Assembly (NCBI GenBank): GCA_907165135.1
Contig: OU015568.1
Span: 10,664,001 to 10,728,000 of the forward strand
Length of the DNA stretch: 64,000 bases
Source: Oikopleura dioica
Lineage: Eukaryota; Animalia; Chordata
Direction of reading: 5' to 3'
Shown: one piece after another, positions 1 to 13,100 of the stretch
How positions within the stretch are numbered: position 1 is the stretch's first letter
Layout: each line of letters starts with the position of its first letter
Translations under genes and position numbers: made by a program
Notes under the pieces: generated by a model
What the model was told of the DNA's origin: nothing
The model's input: only the letters and a program-made list of their open reading frames with translations
Databases searched by the model: none

Positions 1-3000
1 GCGCTCATCACTCAACTTGTCACAAAAATTGAGGAGTACAAGAAGGAATACGCTGCTTTAATCGCGAAAGCAGAAGCGATCAAGGCTGAGATGCAAACTG
101 TCGAATCGAAGGTCAATCGATCCGAAGGTCTTCTCGCGAATCTTGGTTCCGAACGTGAGCGTTGGCAAGAGTCCTCAACCAACTTCCAGGCTCAAATGTC
201 CACTCTTCCGGGAGATTGTCTTCTTTCCGCCGCTTTCGTATCATACGCTGGTTACTTTGACCAAGAAATGCGAGCCAACCTCGAAAGTGCTTGGAAAGAC
301 CGTCTTCTGGAAGCTGAGATCACATTCCGCAAGTCTTTGTCGCAGTCTGAATATCTCTCAACCGTCGATAAGCGAATGGAATGGCAGCGAAATGACTTAC
401 CAGTTGATGATCTTTGTATTGAAAATGCGATCATGTTGGAGCGATACAACCGATACCCTCTTATCATTGATCCTTCTGGACAAGCGACCGGCTACATCAA
501 AAAGCAATATGCCGACAAGAAGATCGTGTCAACTTCGTTCCTTGACGATAGTTTCCGAAAACAGCTCGAGTCCTGCTTGCGATTCGGAAACCCTATCCTG
601 GTTCACGATGCAGAATCATATGATCCGATTCTGAACCCAGTTTTGAACCGCGAAGTTCGCAAATCTGGTGGACGTGTTTTGATCACCATCGGCGATCAAG
701 ACATTGATCTTTCTCCAAGCTTCAAGATTTTCCTCGCAACTCGTGATACGACTCATGAATTCTCTGCGCCCCTTTGCTCGCGTGTGACTATGGTCAACTT
801 TACCGTCACCCGAAGCTCGCTTATGAGCCAGTGCTTGAGCTCTGTTCTGCGTGCTGAGAGACCTGATGTCGACGCAAAGAGAACTGACATGTTGAAGCTT
901 CAAGGAGAATATCAGCTACGACTTCGCCAGCTCGAACAACAGCTTCTTTCAACTCTCAACGATGTCAAAGGAAAAATCCTGGACGACGATAAAGTCATAA
1001 CTGCTCTTGAAACACTCAAGAAGGAGGCTAAGGAAATAGCCCAAAAAGCGTCCGAAACAGAAGACGTAATGAACGAAATCGAGCGAGTATCTGCTACTTA
1101 CCAGCCTCTCTCAACCGCCTGTTCGTCCATTTTCTTTACACTTGACTCGCTACATAATATCAACAGGCTTTACCAATTCAGCCTCAACTTTTTCTTTGAT
1201 ATTTTCAACTCCGCCGTCGCTGATGGGCCTGCGGGAGCTACTGACAAGGCCGAGCGATTGGACAAAATCGTCAAATTCCTTTTCACGGCTACATATCTAC
1301 GAGCTTCTCGATCTTTGCTCCACCAGGATCGTATCTGTTTCGGACTCCTTCTCGCCAAGATTGAGCTCGAACTTTTCCAAAACAACATCGCGCTACCAGA
1401 ACTCAATCATTTCCTACAGAATCAAGACATTCTTGTCAAGCCAAACGAAATCGCTGCTTGTGGATTCGATGATAGCTTCACGGAGCAGCAGAAAGAAAAT
1501 CTCATTCGTCTTCAGAGACGAGTGAAGCATTTTGGCAACTTGGATTCGGCAATCTCCAGCAACCTAGCGGCAATCAAATCATGGATGGATAATAAGACTA
1601 CAGAGCTTCCAAGTCTTTACGACTCGTCTAACGACTCTCCAGTTTGGCAAGCAGCTCAAAAGCTTCTTATCAATCAAGCTTTGAAGCCATCAAAGGTAGG
1701 AGTTTTTTTTACCTAAAACGTTCAACGAATATTTTAGATCATTGAATCTTCTCGAAACTTTGTCTCCACAGTCTTCAACGGCCTTTTCGATCAGTCTGAG
1801 CTTACTTGCGCCGATGTTACCGGCCAAGTCGCCCCGAATCAGCCTGTCATTCTCGCCTCACTACCTGGAACCGATGCTTCTTACGTCGTAGATGATCTCG
1901 CACGTTCACTCCAGAATGAAATGACATCTGTTGCGATGGGATCTCCAGAAGGATTCACAGAAGCTGAGAAGGCGATTTCAACTGCTTCTCGATCTGGAAA
2001 ATGGGTTCTTCTCAAGAACGTTCATCTCGCACCAAGCTGGCTCCAGCAGTTGGAGAAGAAACTTCATTCACTTAAGCCTCACTCAAATTTCCGCCTCTTC
2101 TTGACGACCGAAATCTCGCCCAAACTTCCTGTCAATATGCTCCGCACAGGACGAATCCTTACTTATGAACCGCCACCAGGAATGAAAGCGTCTCTCACCA
2201 CCACGATGACGAACAACATGAACCGAATGGGCAATCAGCCTGCTGAACGAGCTCGTCTCTACTTCCTTCTTGGATGGTTCCACTCTGTTGTTCAAGAACG
2301 AATGCGATACACTCCTCTTGGTTGGAGCAAGGTTTATGAACTCTCAGATGCAGAACTACGATCTGGAATGGATACCATCGATACTTGGATCGATTCTGTT
2401 GCTAAAGGTCGCTCTAATGTTGCGCCAGAACAAATTCCATGGAAAGCCATTGGCCGTCTCCTCTCGCAAACCATATACGGAGGAAAGATGGACAACGCAT
2501 TTGATCAGCGACTTCTTGAAAGCTTCCTCGACAAAATCTTCACCAAAAAATCTTTCGAGGACGCTTTTGTCTTGGCAAACCCTGAAAACGCTGACGCGCT
2601 TGATGCCCCTAGCGGCACAAAAGCTGCGGACTTCCAATCCTGGATTGCAAAGAATCTCCCAGCTGTCCAAAAACCATCGTTTATGGGTCTCCCAGATAAT
2701 GCTGAGACCGTCCTCTTGGCAACAAGAGGTCGTGAAATGATTAGGAAGGTGCTTTTGGGAATGACCAAGGAGCAAGAGAAGGCAAAACTCAACTTGGGTA
2801 ACCAGCCAGACGCTTTCTTGAGGCCAGCTTGGATGAGTTCACTTATGAGTCAGGCTCAGATTTGGATGAACAGCTTGCCTGCGTCCCTTCAAGTCCCCAT
2901 GATGGACCAGAGAGATCCTCTTGCTCGATATTTCACGAGAGAAGCGACACGAGGCTCCAAACTTTTGAATAAAGTCCAAAAGAATATCCAGGTGATTAAT

Positions 3001-3709
3001 TTTTCATAGATAATGCCTCAAAATCTATCTTAGGAAATCATGGACATCTGCGAAGGCAAAGCGAAGCAAACTAACGAGTCGAGAAAATTGTGCGACGAGC
3101 TGACGAAGCAGCAAGTTCCAAAATCTTGGACCCAATACAAATTCAGGTACATTCTCGTTATATTTAAGATTTTTATTATTTAGTCCTCACTTCTCTGTTA
3201 CTCAATGGATCCTTGATTTCGCCTCCCGTGTCACGCAATTAGCCAGCATCAAGGCTAACGATATGGAACACCAGCAAATTTGGTTAGGTGGACTCTTCCA
3301 GCCAGAAGCTTGGATAACTGCAACGCATCAATCTGCTGCGCGCAAGTATAACATGTCCTTGGAAGACTTGGAGCTCGAGCTACAGTTCGGAAATGTCGCA
3401 GATGGCTTTAAAGTTAAAGGTAGATAAGGGTTTTTGCTTATCACAATATAAATGACCCTAGGACTTCGATTGTACGGGGCAACGGCTGTTGGCGCTGACG
3501 CGATCAAGCTGTCTTCTGAAATTGAAACCGAAATCGAGGTTTCATCGATCATCTGGAAACCATGCTCTGCCATCGAGAAGAAAGCATGTGTCCTTCCAGT
3601 TTATCGCAATTCTGCACGCGCAGATCTCCTTTTCACCGCCAGTCTCAACTCAAGCAATACTGAGGGTTCGCTCTACGAGCGTGGCGTGGCAATTACTACT
3701 GCAGAATAA
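1..3709 (+). CDS. DYNC1H1: Cytoplasmic dynein 1 heavy chain, C-terminal part (stalk, AAA5, AAA6, C-terminal domain); 5' end outside window
   Basis: ORFs 91-1716, 1921-3009 and 3452-3709 join through short GT-AG introns. Dynein motifs include RYPLIIDPSGQA, WVLLKNVHLAPSWL and LYERGVA at the C-terminus. Confidence 0.97.
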
Positions 3710-3977
3710 CTTTTCATTTTTTCTTAAATCCTCAACCCCCACATCTCCCCAAATGCGTATAACAAATTACATGTACTAACAAACTACTTATATTCACCTT
3801 TAAATCCCTTCATTTACTGTTCAAACCTGTCCTTGCATGTTCAATCACATGTCGAATACATGTCAATTAAAATAACAAATATTTGTTATTTAACGATTTT
3901 TGGTAATATTTACAGCAGACAAAATGAGGTCAATACTATTGACTCAATAGCAGGATTCTGATTTCTTTTTGATAGAC

Positions 3978-4928
3978 TTAACGACTGAGGGATTCTTGAT
4001 TCGCATTATTCGGTTTCGCTGAACGTTGAGTTTGATCTTTGGAAAGCTAAAGTCTTAATACCTGCAGAAAGCTAAGGTCAGCATTGGGATCGATCATCGC
4101 TACTTGTTCTTTGAGGTATTGATGGATGTTGAGGGCGATGAGTGAGTGATAGTATGGATGGTCCCCTCGCTTCGACCTTGACAGGCTCGATGTGCCTGAT
4201 AAACTTTGGGAGAGGCGTGCCTTTTTCCAGCGGATCAGCTTCTGCGCGGTAAAGATACAATATCCAAGCGCAGCAGAGGTGAAACAACCGACGGATGTGA
4301 ATGATGCATAGGCGGCTAGAATTTGATAGCTTTTCGGACACTTGAGGAGTGTTTTACCTTTCGTCGAAACAGTTCCAACCACGAACGTATTGAAGAAGTA
4401 GACGGACATTCCCACGGAGATACAGTTACAAACAACTGATAAAAGCGACAAAAGCGGGGCAACAACGGAGTCGAGGGTGAACAGTCGCTCGAATGTGAAC
4501 ATGACGAAGCCGATGACAGCACAAAGAATTGGGACACTAGAGTTCTTGATAATTTCATTATAAAATTTTATAGTTACCATTCAAGGGCAATACTGAGGTT
4601 TAGAAATTGATCTTCAAGCTCTAGTTTCAACGAGACAAGGGAGATTTTGACGACGGAAATGACGAACAAGGTTGTTGACAGGACCAACGTAAGGTTAACG
4701 TATCTCTTCACCATTTTGTGGGTGAATTTGTAGAATCTGTTTTCTAGGGTTTGTTTGACAATCTAGTCGACTTCCCTCTACGTATATAACCTCGTGTGCA
4801 CCGAGCGTGAAAGCAGTAAAAATTTTGATTTTATGACTTTCCGGGATGAAAATTAACGAGTAAGGGAGGAGCTCAAACAGGGACCGACACAATTGGAACT
4901 CTTTTAGGTCAATTTTCCCTCCGGTCAT
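3978..4928 (-). CDS. Multi-pass membrane protein of unknown family
   Basis: ORF 4047-4580 has 3-4 hydrophobic segments. There is an upstream hydrophobic exon near 4590-4700 and a short last exon ending near 3978. Exon structure is approximate. Confidence 0.5.
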
Positions 4929-5090
4929 GTGATTCCCTGATTGATAAGTTAGAGGCTGATTTTCCGAGTAATTAGGGCTTTTTGATCATGAATGCATGTT
5001 TATTGCTATTGCGGTTATTTTGATAAGAAGGATTAATTACAGACATGTACAGTATCAAAGCATAAAATAGGTCAGTTTGTCAGGATAAGG

Positions 5091-6340
5091 TTAATTGGAG
5101 TTTAGCCTAATTCCGATACGCTGTGAGGCCTTCGAAGGAATTTCACCAGTTTTTGAACGGACAATTACTCGGAATCGGTAACCAACACCTGGCATCAACC
5201 CTAAATTAAGTTTTTGTAACGTAAAAATGTGACGAAAATTCCGTACCGGTGACGATGTGAACATTCTGGTCGATCTTGTCAGAAACGTCTGTCCATGCCT
5301 GATTCTCATTCGATCGAACCTGAAGACGATAGAGACATCCAGGACCGGCATCTTAAAATAATTAAGAGCTTGAAAGGAGCTTGGTTTACCTTTCCAAGTA
5401 AGCCAGATTTTCCCATCGACTTCTCGAAGCGTATACGGAGCACCTGGACGATCAGCAGCCTGGGGCTTCCTCCTTTGATCACTCTCGAATGTCAACGGAC
5501 CTCCTCGTTGAGGAACGTCTTCTGAGTCGTGTCCTTTATTTCGCATCCTCAGATTTGTCTAAGGTACTTTAGTTGAAAGAAAGAAAGAAAGAAAGATAAT
5601 TGAGATTAATGATTGCGAAGATAATTAGTTTCTATCATGATTGATAACTCAGACAATAGCTCTCACCTTTGTCTTCTGAGAAGGATATGTAGGTAGAGCA
5701 GAATCAACAGATGACCCTCGCCTAAAAGCGAGTCTACGTCTTCCTGCAGAGTCATCAGATTGCTTTTCCGTACTGCTTTGATGTTTAAGTATTCCCTACA
5801 AAAGTATTCAGGCATCGTAAATTATTCGCGCACGTACCTTTAACCGCGGATGTTCACTTCGATCTTCTACAGGTGCACGATTTTTGCTCTTTCTTCGTGG
5901 TGGCTTAGCAGGTGCCTGGCGATAGGTCTCGGGGTCAGAGTCCGAACTGCTCTTGCTATTGTCTAAGGATCGACCTCGGTTTAGGGTGCCTCGTGTTCGT
6001 GGCTTCTTGACTTTTCTTTCTGGAGTTGGAACGACGAAAGTTTGCATAGGTTCATTTCGAAGCATTTGGTCTTCAAAGCTCACTTGTTTTCTCCACCCAG
6101 CATTTTTAACAGGAGCGTTTGAACGAACAATTGTCGGGGTGAAAGTCTAAGATTCATACTTGATTTCAAAAGTTCAAACGAAATATTACCTTTGGTAATT
6201 GAGGGACTTTCTTGGTAGAAAATATATTTCTCATTTCTTTATCGTTTCCGTTAACCTTTTGATCTTCTTGAGATTCTCTGGATTGATCGATACTTCTTGA
6301 GGATTTCAGAGGGCTCCGCAGCGAAAAATTATCTGCTTGC
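5091..6340 (-). CDS. Low-complexity region plus one fibronectin type III domain; possibly the 3' end of the obscurin-like gene
   Basis: ORF 5091-5546 has FN3 signatures (PGAP..LTW..L.PGVGYRFRV..S.PSKAS). Upstream exons at 5650-5790, 5808-6083 and 6190-6340 are linked by GT-AG introns. No clear start codon of its own. Confidence 0.6.
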
Positions 6341-7199
6341 GCTTGTCAACAAGTGGTAGAATTTATATGTTTAAGTGACGTGGAGGCCAACTGAAGTTGA
6401 AGACCAGTAAATCCCGGGGTTCAAACTCGTGATTTCTATCTCTCTATTTTCTAAAGCTCTTCCGAAAGATGGATAACTCTGAGACTGAGAGTTGTGAAAC
6501 CTTTCTCAGTGTATGTCTCCTAATCTGAGGACGTGGACCTAAACCCGTAGCTACGGTAAATAATTCATCAAAATGTGACCGCACCCGTGGACGTGGGGAT
6601 TACAAAACGTGGCGTTTTATAAGCTGCGAAGTAGAATGAAAAAGCACATTAGCTGAGCATATAAACTTTGAAATATGTGACAGCTGTAGAACACACTTTG
6701 ACCTTACATTATTGCCGATGAGCAAATTTTGACAAAAATAACTATGAATAATTAATTTATGATCGCTTTCTTCTCGCAATCGAAATCATAGAAGAGAACT
6801 CAAAAAACCTTTCCTAGAATTTGAAGTATCTTCTTGTGCATCATCGAGTTGTCTTTTGTGGCGTTCAAGCACGAGTATCATGAGGCAGAGTGGAATCAGA
6901 CCAACTGTCATGATAAAAATTATAAAACCGATCATTGTTTAATGTCACGATGTTTTTGGTGGAACTCGATAGACACTAGACCTGGGATCAACAAGTTGCT
7001 CACTGAAGAGAAAAAGCTTATAAGCCTGATAATAGAACATGGAGAAGACCATGTCGTTTACTTTATGATCCAGTACTTATCGCTTTTATGCTCGCCCATG
7101 AAATCTTTATCTCTACAATTTCCTCCGTTCGCGATGGAGAAAAAGACGAACTGGCTGGAAAAGTGCATTATCGAGTTCTTTTATTAGACGCCGCTGTCA

Positions 7200-10100
7200 A
7201 AGTTATAAATCTATACGTGTAGCACAAACCAGTGTGCTTAAAACGCTTCCTGTGGGAGGTCTCGATGACTGACGGTGACTCTGCCGAACTGCTGAGGCTG
7301 ATCATGCTACCAACAGGTGTTGGTGAGGTGATTGAAATATTCGGAATATCCAGTGATTCTGGCCACGTGATCGTTGGTGTCAGGCCGTATTCCTTCTCCA
7401 GATCGCTGAGTAAAAGTGAAAGTGTTGAAAGGATTTAAAGCAGGTGATATACCGTAGCTCCTGTGCTAGTTCCTCCTCTTCTGCATCTTCTTCTGAGTCA
7501 GATGAGTCAGACAAAGATGTTAATGCTGAGCGTTTAGCTAATGCTGTTGGATTCTGGTCGATTTCATTAATGATATCATGGATTCTTCGAGGTTCTAGAT
7601 GGCTGCTAGAGCAGCTTCGTTTCCTATTGTATCTGAAATTAAATTTGCGTAAATATTTAATTTAAATCCTGGACTTGCCTTTGTCGCGTGAAAAAGTATT
7701 TAAGTTTTTTCGAGTCAATAGTATTTTCGTCAGAAAACTCGAGGGTTGAGACATCTTCGGCGATTTCACTGATTGATGGCCGCTTATGGGCCTCGCGAGT
7801 GAGACACTGAAGAACGAGGTCTTGAGCTGTCTTCGATAGTTTGCCATTCATCTCAGCCTTGAGTTTCTCGTGATCGTTAGTTTGAATGTTCTTCAAAGTT
7901 TCTTTATCTGTTCTTCCTTGGAATGGAGACTCGCCGGTAAGGAGAATGGAGAGAAGAATTCCGGATGAGAAGACATCGCTGGAACAGTCGACGGGCATGC
8001 AACTCGCAACTTCTGGTGAGCAAAATTCAGGCACTGCACGATCTAACGGTTCCAAGAAATCATCTTGAACTTCCCTTGCATTTCCAAATCCAATGATGAT
8101 CAGCCTCCTATGATTTGCTGCCAACAACAAGGACTCACTTCGCAAATCCAAGTGCGCAATCGATTTTGAGTGCAGAAATTCTAGTGCATTGCAAATCTGT
8201 TCAAAGAAGAACATCACTCGCGATTCCGAATATTTTCCTTCGTCAATCAGTTTTTGAAAGAGATTTCCACCGGAGATCCACTCTGTTACCAAGACTAGAC
8301 TTTCGAGGGTATGATATCCGGCGATAAAACGGACAACGTTCACATGGTTCAATTGCTTTAGAATGATGGTTTCCTGGTTTCGTTCACAAACTTATTTTAG
8401 CAAAAACTTTCTCCTTAGATTTTCGAAATTGACTCGTAATTTCCATTATCTGTGAACGCAGTGCCTGTCTAATGCCCGTTTTGTCGACACTTTTCCGGCA
8501 AACGGATTTCAGCGCCACTTCGACGCCACTTTTGCGCTCGCTCGCACGTTTCACGATACTATAACTTCCTCGACTCGTGATACCGCTGTGAATGCGGTAT
8601 TCTTCTTTCAGTAGGTCGTAGTTTCTTTCCAAGTTCGATTTCTCCAGCGAAAGGTCTGCTTTACATTCGGCTTGGCCAACTGCGTTGCTGGCGTAGCATG
8701 CGATTGTGCCCTGAAATCAACGCTCGATCGGGACTTTTTTGGTTCGTGTACCTGTGTGACCCAGTTTGATAAAATAAGAGTCGACTCGCCATTAGCAGAG
8801 GAAGTAATTTCCACGTTTTTATCGCCCAGAAGGAAGGCACGGTCGTTAAGGGACCATCGTATCACCGCTTTAAAGTTTTTATTCGTTATCTATATTTTTC
8901 TTTTACCTTGCGGGTTTGATTTGACGCTCACAAAAAATTTTGCTGTGCCACCGATTGGAATCGTTACGTCTTCAACGATTTGGTCGAAGGCAGGCGTCGC
9001 TTGAGAGGAAATTCTGGAGCGAATATCTGTATGGTTGAGTTTGATAACGTTGACAACGCATCTGGACTCGACTATTCCAACATTGTTTACAACTCGACCA
9101 ATGTACGCGCCGTGGTCTTGCTGAAGAATCGGTTCTATGATCAGATCGTACTGATTTCGAAATGACGATATTTTCATCCTCTTTGTTTCTGTCAGCTGAT
9201 CTCCATTTTTATAAAAAGAAACAGGGCCACCAGTCGCTTCCATTGAAAGAACAAGACGAGATCCTTCATTGACTGTAGTATTGCTGAGTCTACGAAGAAT
9301 CTCTGGTTTCTGTGGCAAGGCCTGATTTTCAAATTCAAGATTATGTTGTAAGTCTAAATATTTATATACTCTTTCGCGAGAGGTTAATGCACTTTCGCGG
9401 GTATATTTGAAGCAAAATATTGCCTTATCCAAAATAAGTTTTAATAAAAATTCGAGAAATTGGGAAACGAGATTATTTAGAAACCACGCGCATATTTCCG
9501 TGTAAATACAGCAGATTCTGAGTCCAATTTGAGAAACGGTGGAAAGTTGATTAGGCGAATTTGGAGTAAGTTGGTTAGTATTCTTGAACTTTTCCTTGAC
9601 GTAGCTGGGTCTAATCGAGCGCCCGTGTTCAGTATCAGTGTCGTCGCTGAGATAGAGGTCAGAGCGGGAACAGTACTCGTCACAAGAGCTCAGTAAATCG
9701 GGCATGGCGGGCGGCCTCATCGCATGTTCCACTACTACATGACAAGCTCGATAAGCGCTTCCTTTGTAGTTATACACTGATATTGCATACTCGCCACCAT
9801 GTTCCATCGCGGCCTGTTTTTGTTTCAATGAAATTTTCCTCGTGATCAAAAAACTCGGGAACTTTGAAACTTTCCTGGTTGACAAACAGGTTCCATTTTC
9901 CGTTGCAAATTTTTCTTATTTGATAGCCATTTTGCCCGCTTGTAAGCATGTTCCCTTCACGAAACCACTTCACGTCGGGCTCAGGAACACCTAGACATTC
10001 TAAAGAGGCTGGCGGGTATTTTTCTAAAATACCTGTGACCTCACAAGAAAGTGATAACGATGAGAGAAGAGGAATATGCATCGGGCCTTTGTTGAAGAAT

Positions 10101-13100
10101 GATATCTTGGGCAAGGACTCGGCAAGATCGTCTGAGGAGGCTTTTGCAATCTGATTATTAGAGTGACACTTCCGAAAGAATGGGGTTAAAAGCATCAAAC
10201 CATTCGAAGCCTTTCCTTCTACTTCCGTGTCTGAACCGCCACCAGCAGTTAGATATTCTTCATCTGTTGTTGTCATGTTGCTCACGTTAGATGGTGTTCG
10301 TCTCACAGAAACCTACGAAATATGCTCAGTTGTTTCGAATTGACGTTTTCCCTCGTACCTTCAAATTTACATCTGAATCGTACGCTTCGTTAGAAGTCAT
10401 ATATTCCGAATCAGAACAAAAGGAGTTCCTCTTCATTTCATCAGAACCTCCAGGAATCAGAAGCTTATCCGGCGGAGTTGGTGATTCGCGGGGACTGGCA
10501 GTCGGTGTCTCCATGCAGGCACTTTCATATCCACCAGAATAATATTCAGAATCCGTGGGACTTGGTGCCCGACGTGAGCGGTATTCCAAAGGCGGGGCAC
10601 AGTAGCTTGGGGAGATTCTTGCGATTTCTGGTTGTTGTGGGGCAAAAATCTTTGCTCGAGGAACTGGAATTGGTTCCGGAAGATGAGGTGGATCAACTTT
10701 GTGAAGAGACTGATCAGACGTTGATGACGATTCCGTTGAATCAGCCTTGTCTACAGGGAGAATACAGAACTGACGCAAAAATCTAATGATAAGCCAGAGT
10801 TATCTGTATCCCTGCCCAAGCTGTTGCCAAATGTAGGTGCCAGGCGTCGCTGCTTCATTTGTGTCTTGACGTCGGCCAGTGTTCGTTGGTTTTTTTCTAA
10901 GTGCGTGGTAAAATTTTATTGCAAAATGAGCATGTTACCTAGGGAGCCATTACTAGGACTTCTGGTGCTTAATGACGTATCTGCTGGGAGCCTTGGACTA
11001 GACAGGGCTCAATTTGTGTTTTCTAGTACACATAATTATCCGACCGCTACCGTAATACAAGGTTATTTCCCTTGTCAGAAGCTATTTATAGAGCCCAGTC
11101 CTAGGACGCTGAGGCGTTACCCTCGTCAAGGACGGAGGAACTACCGGCGGAAGACTAGTCAAAGACTCGGGACGGGACTTCGGAGAGTTAAAAGAAAGCA
11201 CATTCGCCTTGCTTGAAACGGATCCATGCGGATTTTCGGCAAGTATTTCGTAAAGCCCAGTGGGCGTCTTTGATGATTTCAAAAAACTTTTTGCGGAGCC
11301 GGAAATCATGAAAAAAGTGCTAGTGCAGTTTTGTCAGGCTCGTCGAGACGAGTCGATTGGTATACGTCACTCTTGAAAATTTTAAGGATTTACCGGTTAA
11401 CCGGCTGATTACCGGAAATCACGCTGTCAGCTCCCGTTTTTGTTCTAGTCGTCGGATTTGTATGTTTGAAGCGTCAAAATGATCCTTATGATCAGGGCTT
11501 CTGTAGCCTCCGAGATGAGACCCATATCTCAACTCCTGCCGAGCTTATCACTAAAAGTTTGATTTTTACGCACTTTTTGCAGTTTGAAAGTTCATAACGT
11601 AAAATTTGTACGGTAAATACTAATAAATCTTCTTCGGTTTTGATAGACAATTGAAAATTAATAATACCCATCGTTCAAAACCTTGTAACCAGCCGGTAAA
11701 AAAGCCCTGAATCAAAATTATGCCCTCAAAGACCACTTTTTTGATTATATTCACCAAGATATGTGAATTTCAGGAAATTTAAATTATTCTAGTGATGATT
11801 TTTCGGAGATAAGGGATATAATGATGAAAATGCGCTTTTACGCAACTTCAGCGGCTAAATGAAGTGCAGAGGACTCCAGCGACACAAGTTAAACTACCAA
11901 TAAGTGCGAGAAGAAGACTTCGCTATAAAAAGGCTCAGAAAATGCGGACTTAGGTATTTAGATCGGTATTCAATTTTTGACCGAGTCTTATCACTGACTT
12001 CTTTGAAGAAACAAATTATGTATGAATAAATAAATGATGTGAGTGAGAATTACGGGGAAGCTTTCAGTTCGAGCGGGGTCTTATAGTCGACAGTCCAGCC
12101 AGATTTTTCGTACTTGATTCTACATTTTAATTCTCGGCAAGCCGGTCATCTATTTTTGTTAATTAAACCAACTGTGAGAGATCTAAGCCTGCACGATTAT
12201 GAGTACTGCTAGAAATCACGAGTTAGTTAGAAAGACTCATGGATCTAATGAGAATATTCATCACCTGATTCCTGGCATAGAGGGCTCGAAGCTTTATAAT
12301 TTATTTAGCATCAACATTAGAATAATTTAAATTTCCTGAAATTCACATATCTTGGTGAATATAATCAAAAAAGTGGTCTTTGAGGGCATAATTTTGATTC
12401 AGGGCTTTTTTACCGGCTGGTTACAAGGTTTTGAACGATGGGTATTATTAATTTTCAATTGTCTATCAAAACCGAAGAAGATTTATTAGTATTTACCGTA
12501 CAAATTTTACGTTATGAACTTTCAAACTGCAAAAAGTGCGTAAAAATCAAACTTTTAGTGATAAGCTCGGCAGGAGTTGAGATATGGGTCTCATCTCGGA
12601 GGCTACAGAAGCCCTGATCATAAGGATCATTTTGACGCTTCAAACATACAAATCCGACGACTAGAACAAAAACGGGAGCTGACAGCGTGATTTCCGGTAA
12701 TCAGCCGGTTAACCGGTAAATCCTTAAAATTTTCAAGAGTGACGTATACCAATCGACTCGTCTCGACGAGCCTGACAAAACTGCACTAGCACTTTTTTCA
12801 TGATTTCCGGCTCCGCAAAAAGTTTTTTGAAATCATCTTTGCTGTTTTGTGCAGTTGGCTTTGGGTCATGATCGGTTCGTCATCGTCGTCCTTGTAGAAT
12901 GTGACCACCGGAGCGGGATAGCCTAAGACCTCGGCTCTCAGAACAAAACCGCCGGTTTCGTCTAGTGTTACATCACGCATTGGAAGTGGGAAATATGGCT
13001 TCGGAGAGTTCTTCGTCTTTTATTTGGTTTGCGAGATTTTTCTCGCTAGCGTAATTTGTATTTTATCAATAATATCCATTTGCTTTTTCTATAAACATCT

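Noticed and set aside
6790-7190. Apparent stop-codon readthrough into a TM tail at the end of the obscurin-like gene
   Set aside because: On recount the frames are not continuous, and the exon structure here is unresolved.
11792-12317. Possible transposase remnant in the foldback spacer (…ARRRLRYKKAQKMRT)
   Set aside because: Short frame bounded by stops, with no ATG and no DDE or DNA-binding motif recognised.
11268-12841. GA-AG splicing of the foldback element (donor GATGAT)
   Set aside because: It removes one extra base and frameshifts the Ig domain; only the AT-AG boundary is exact.
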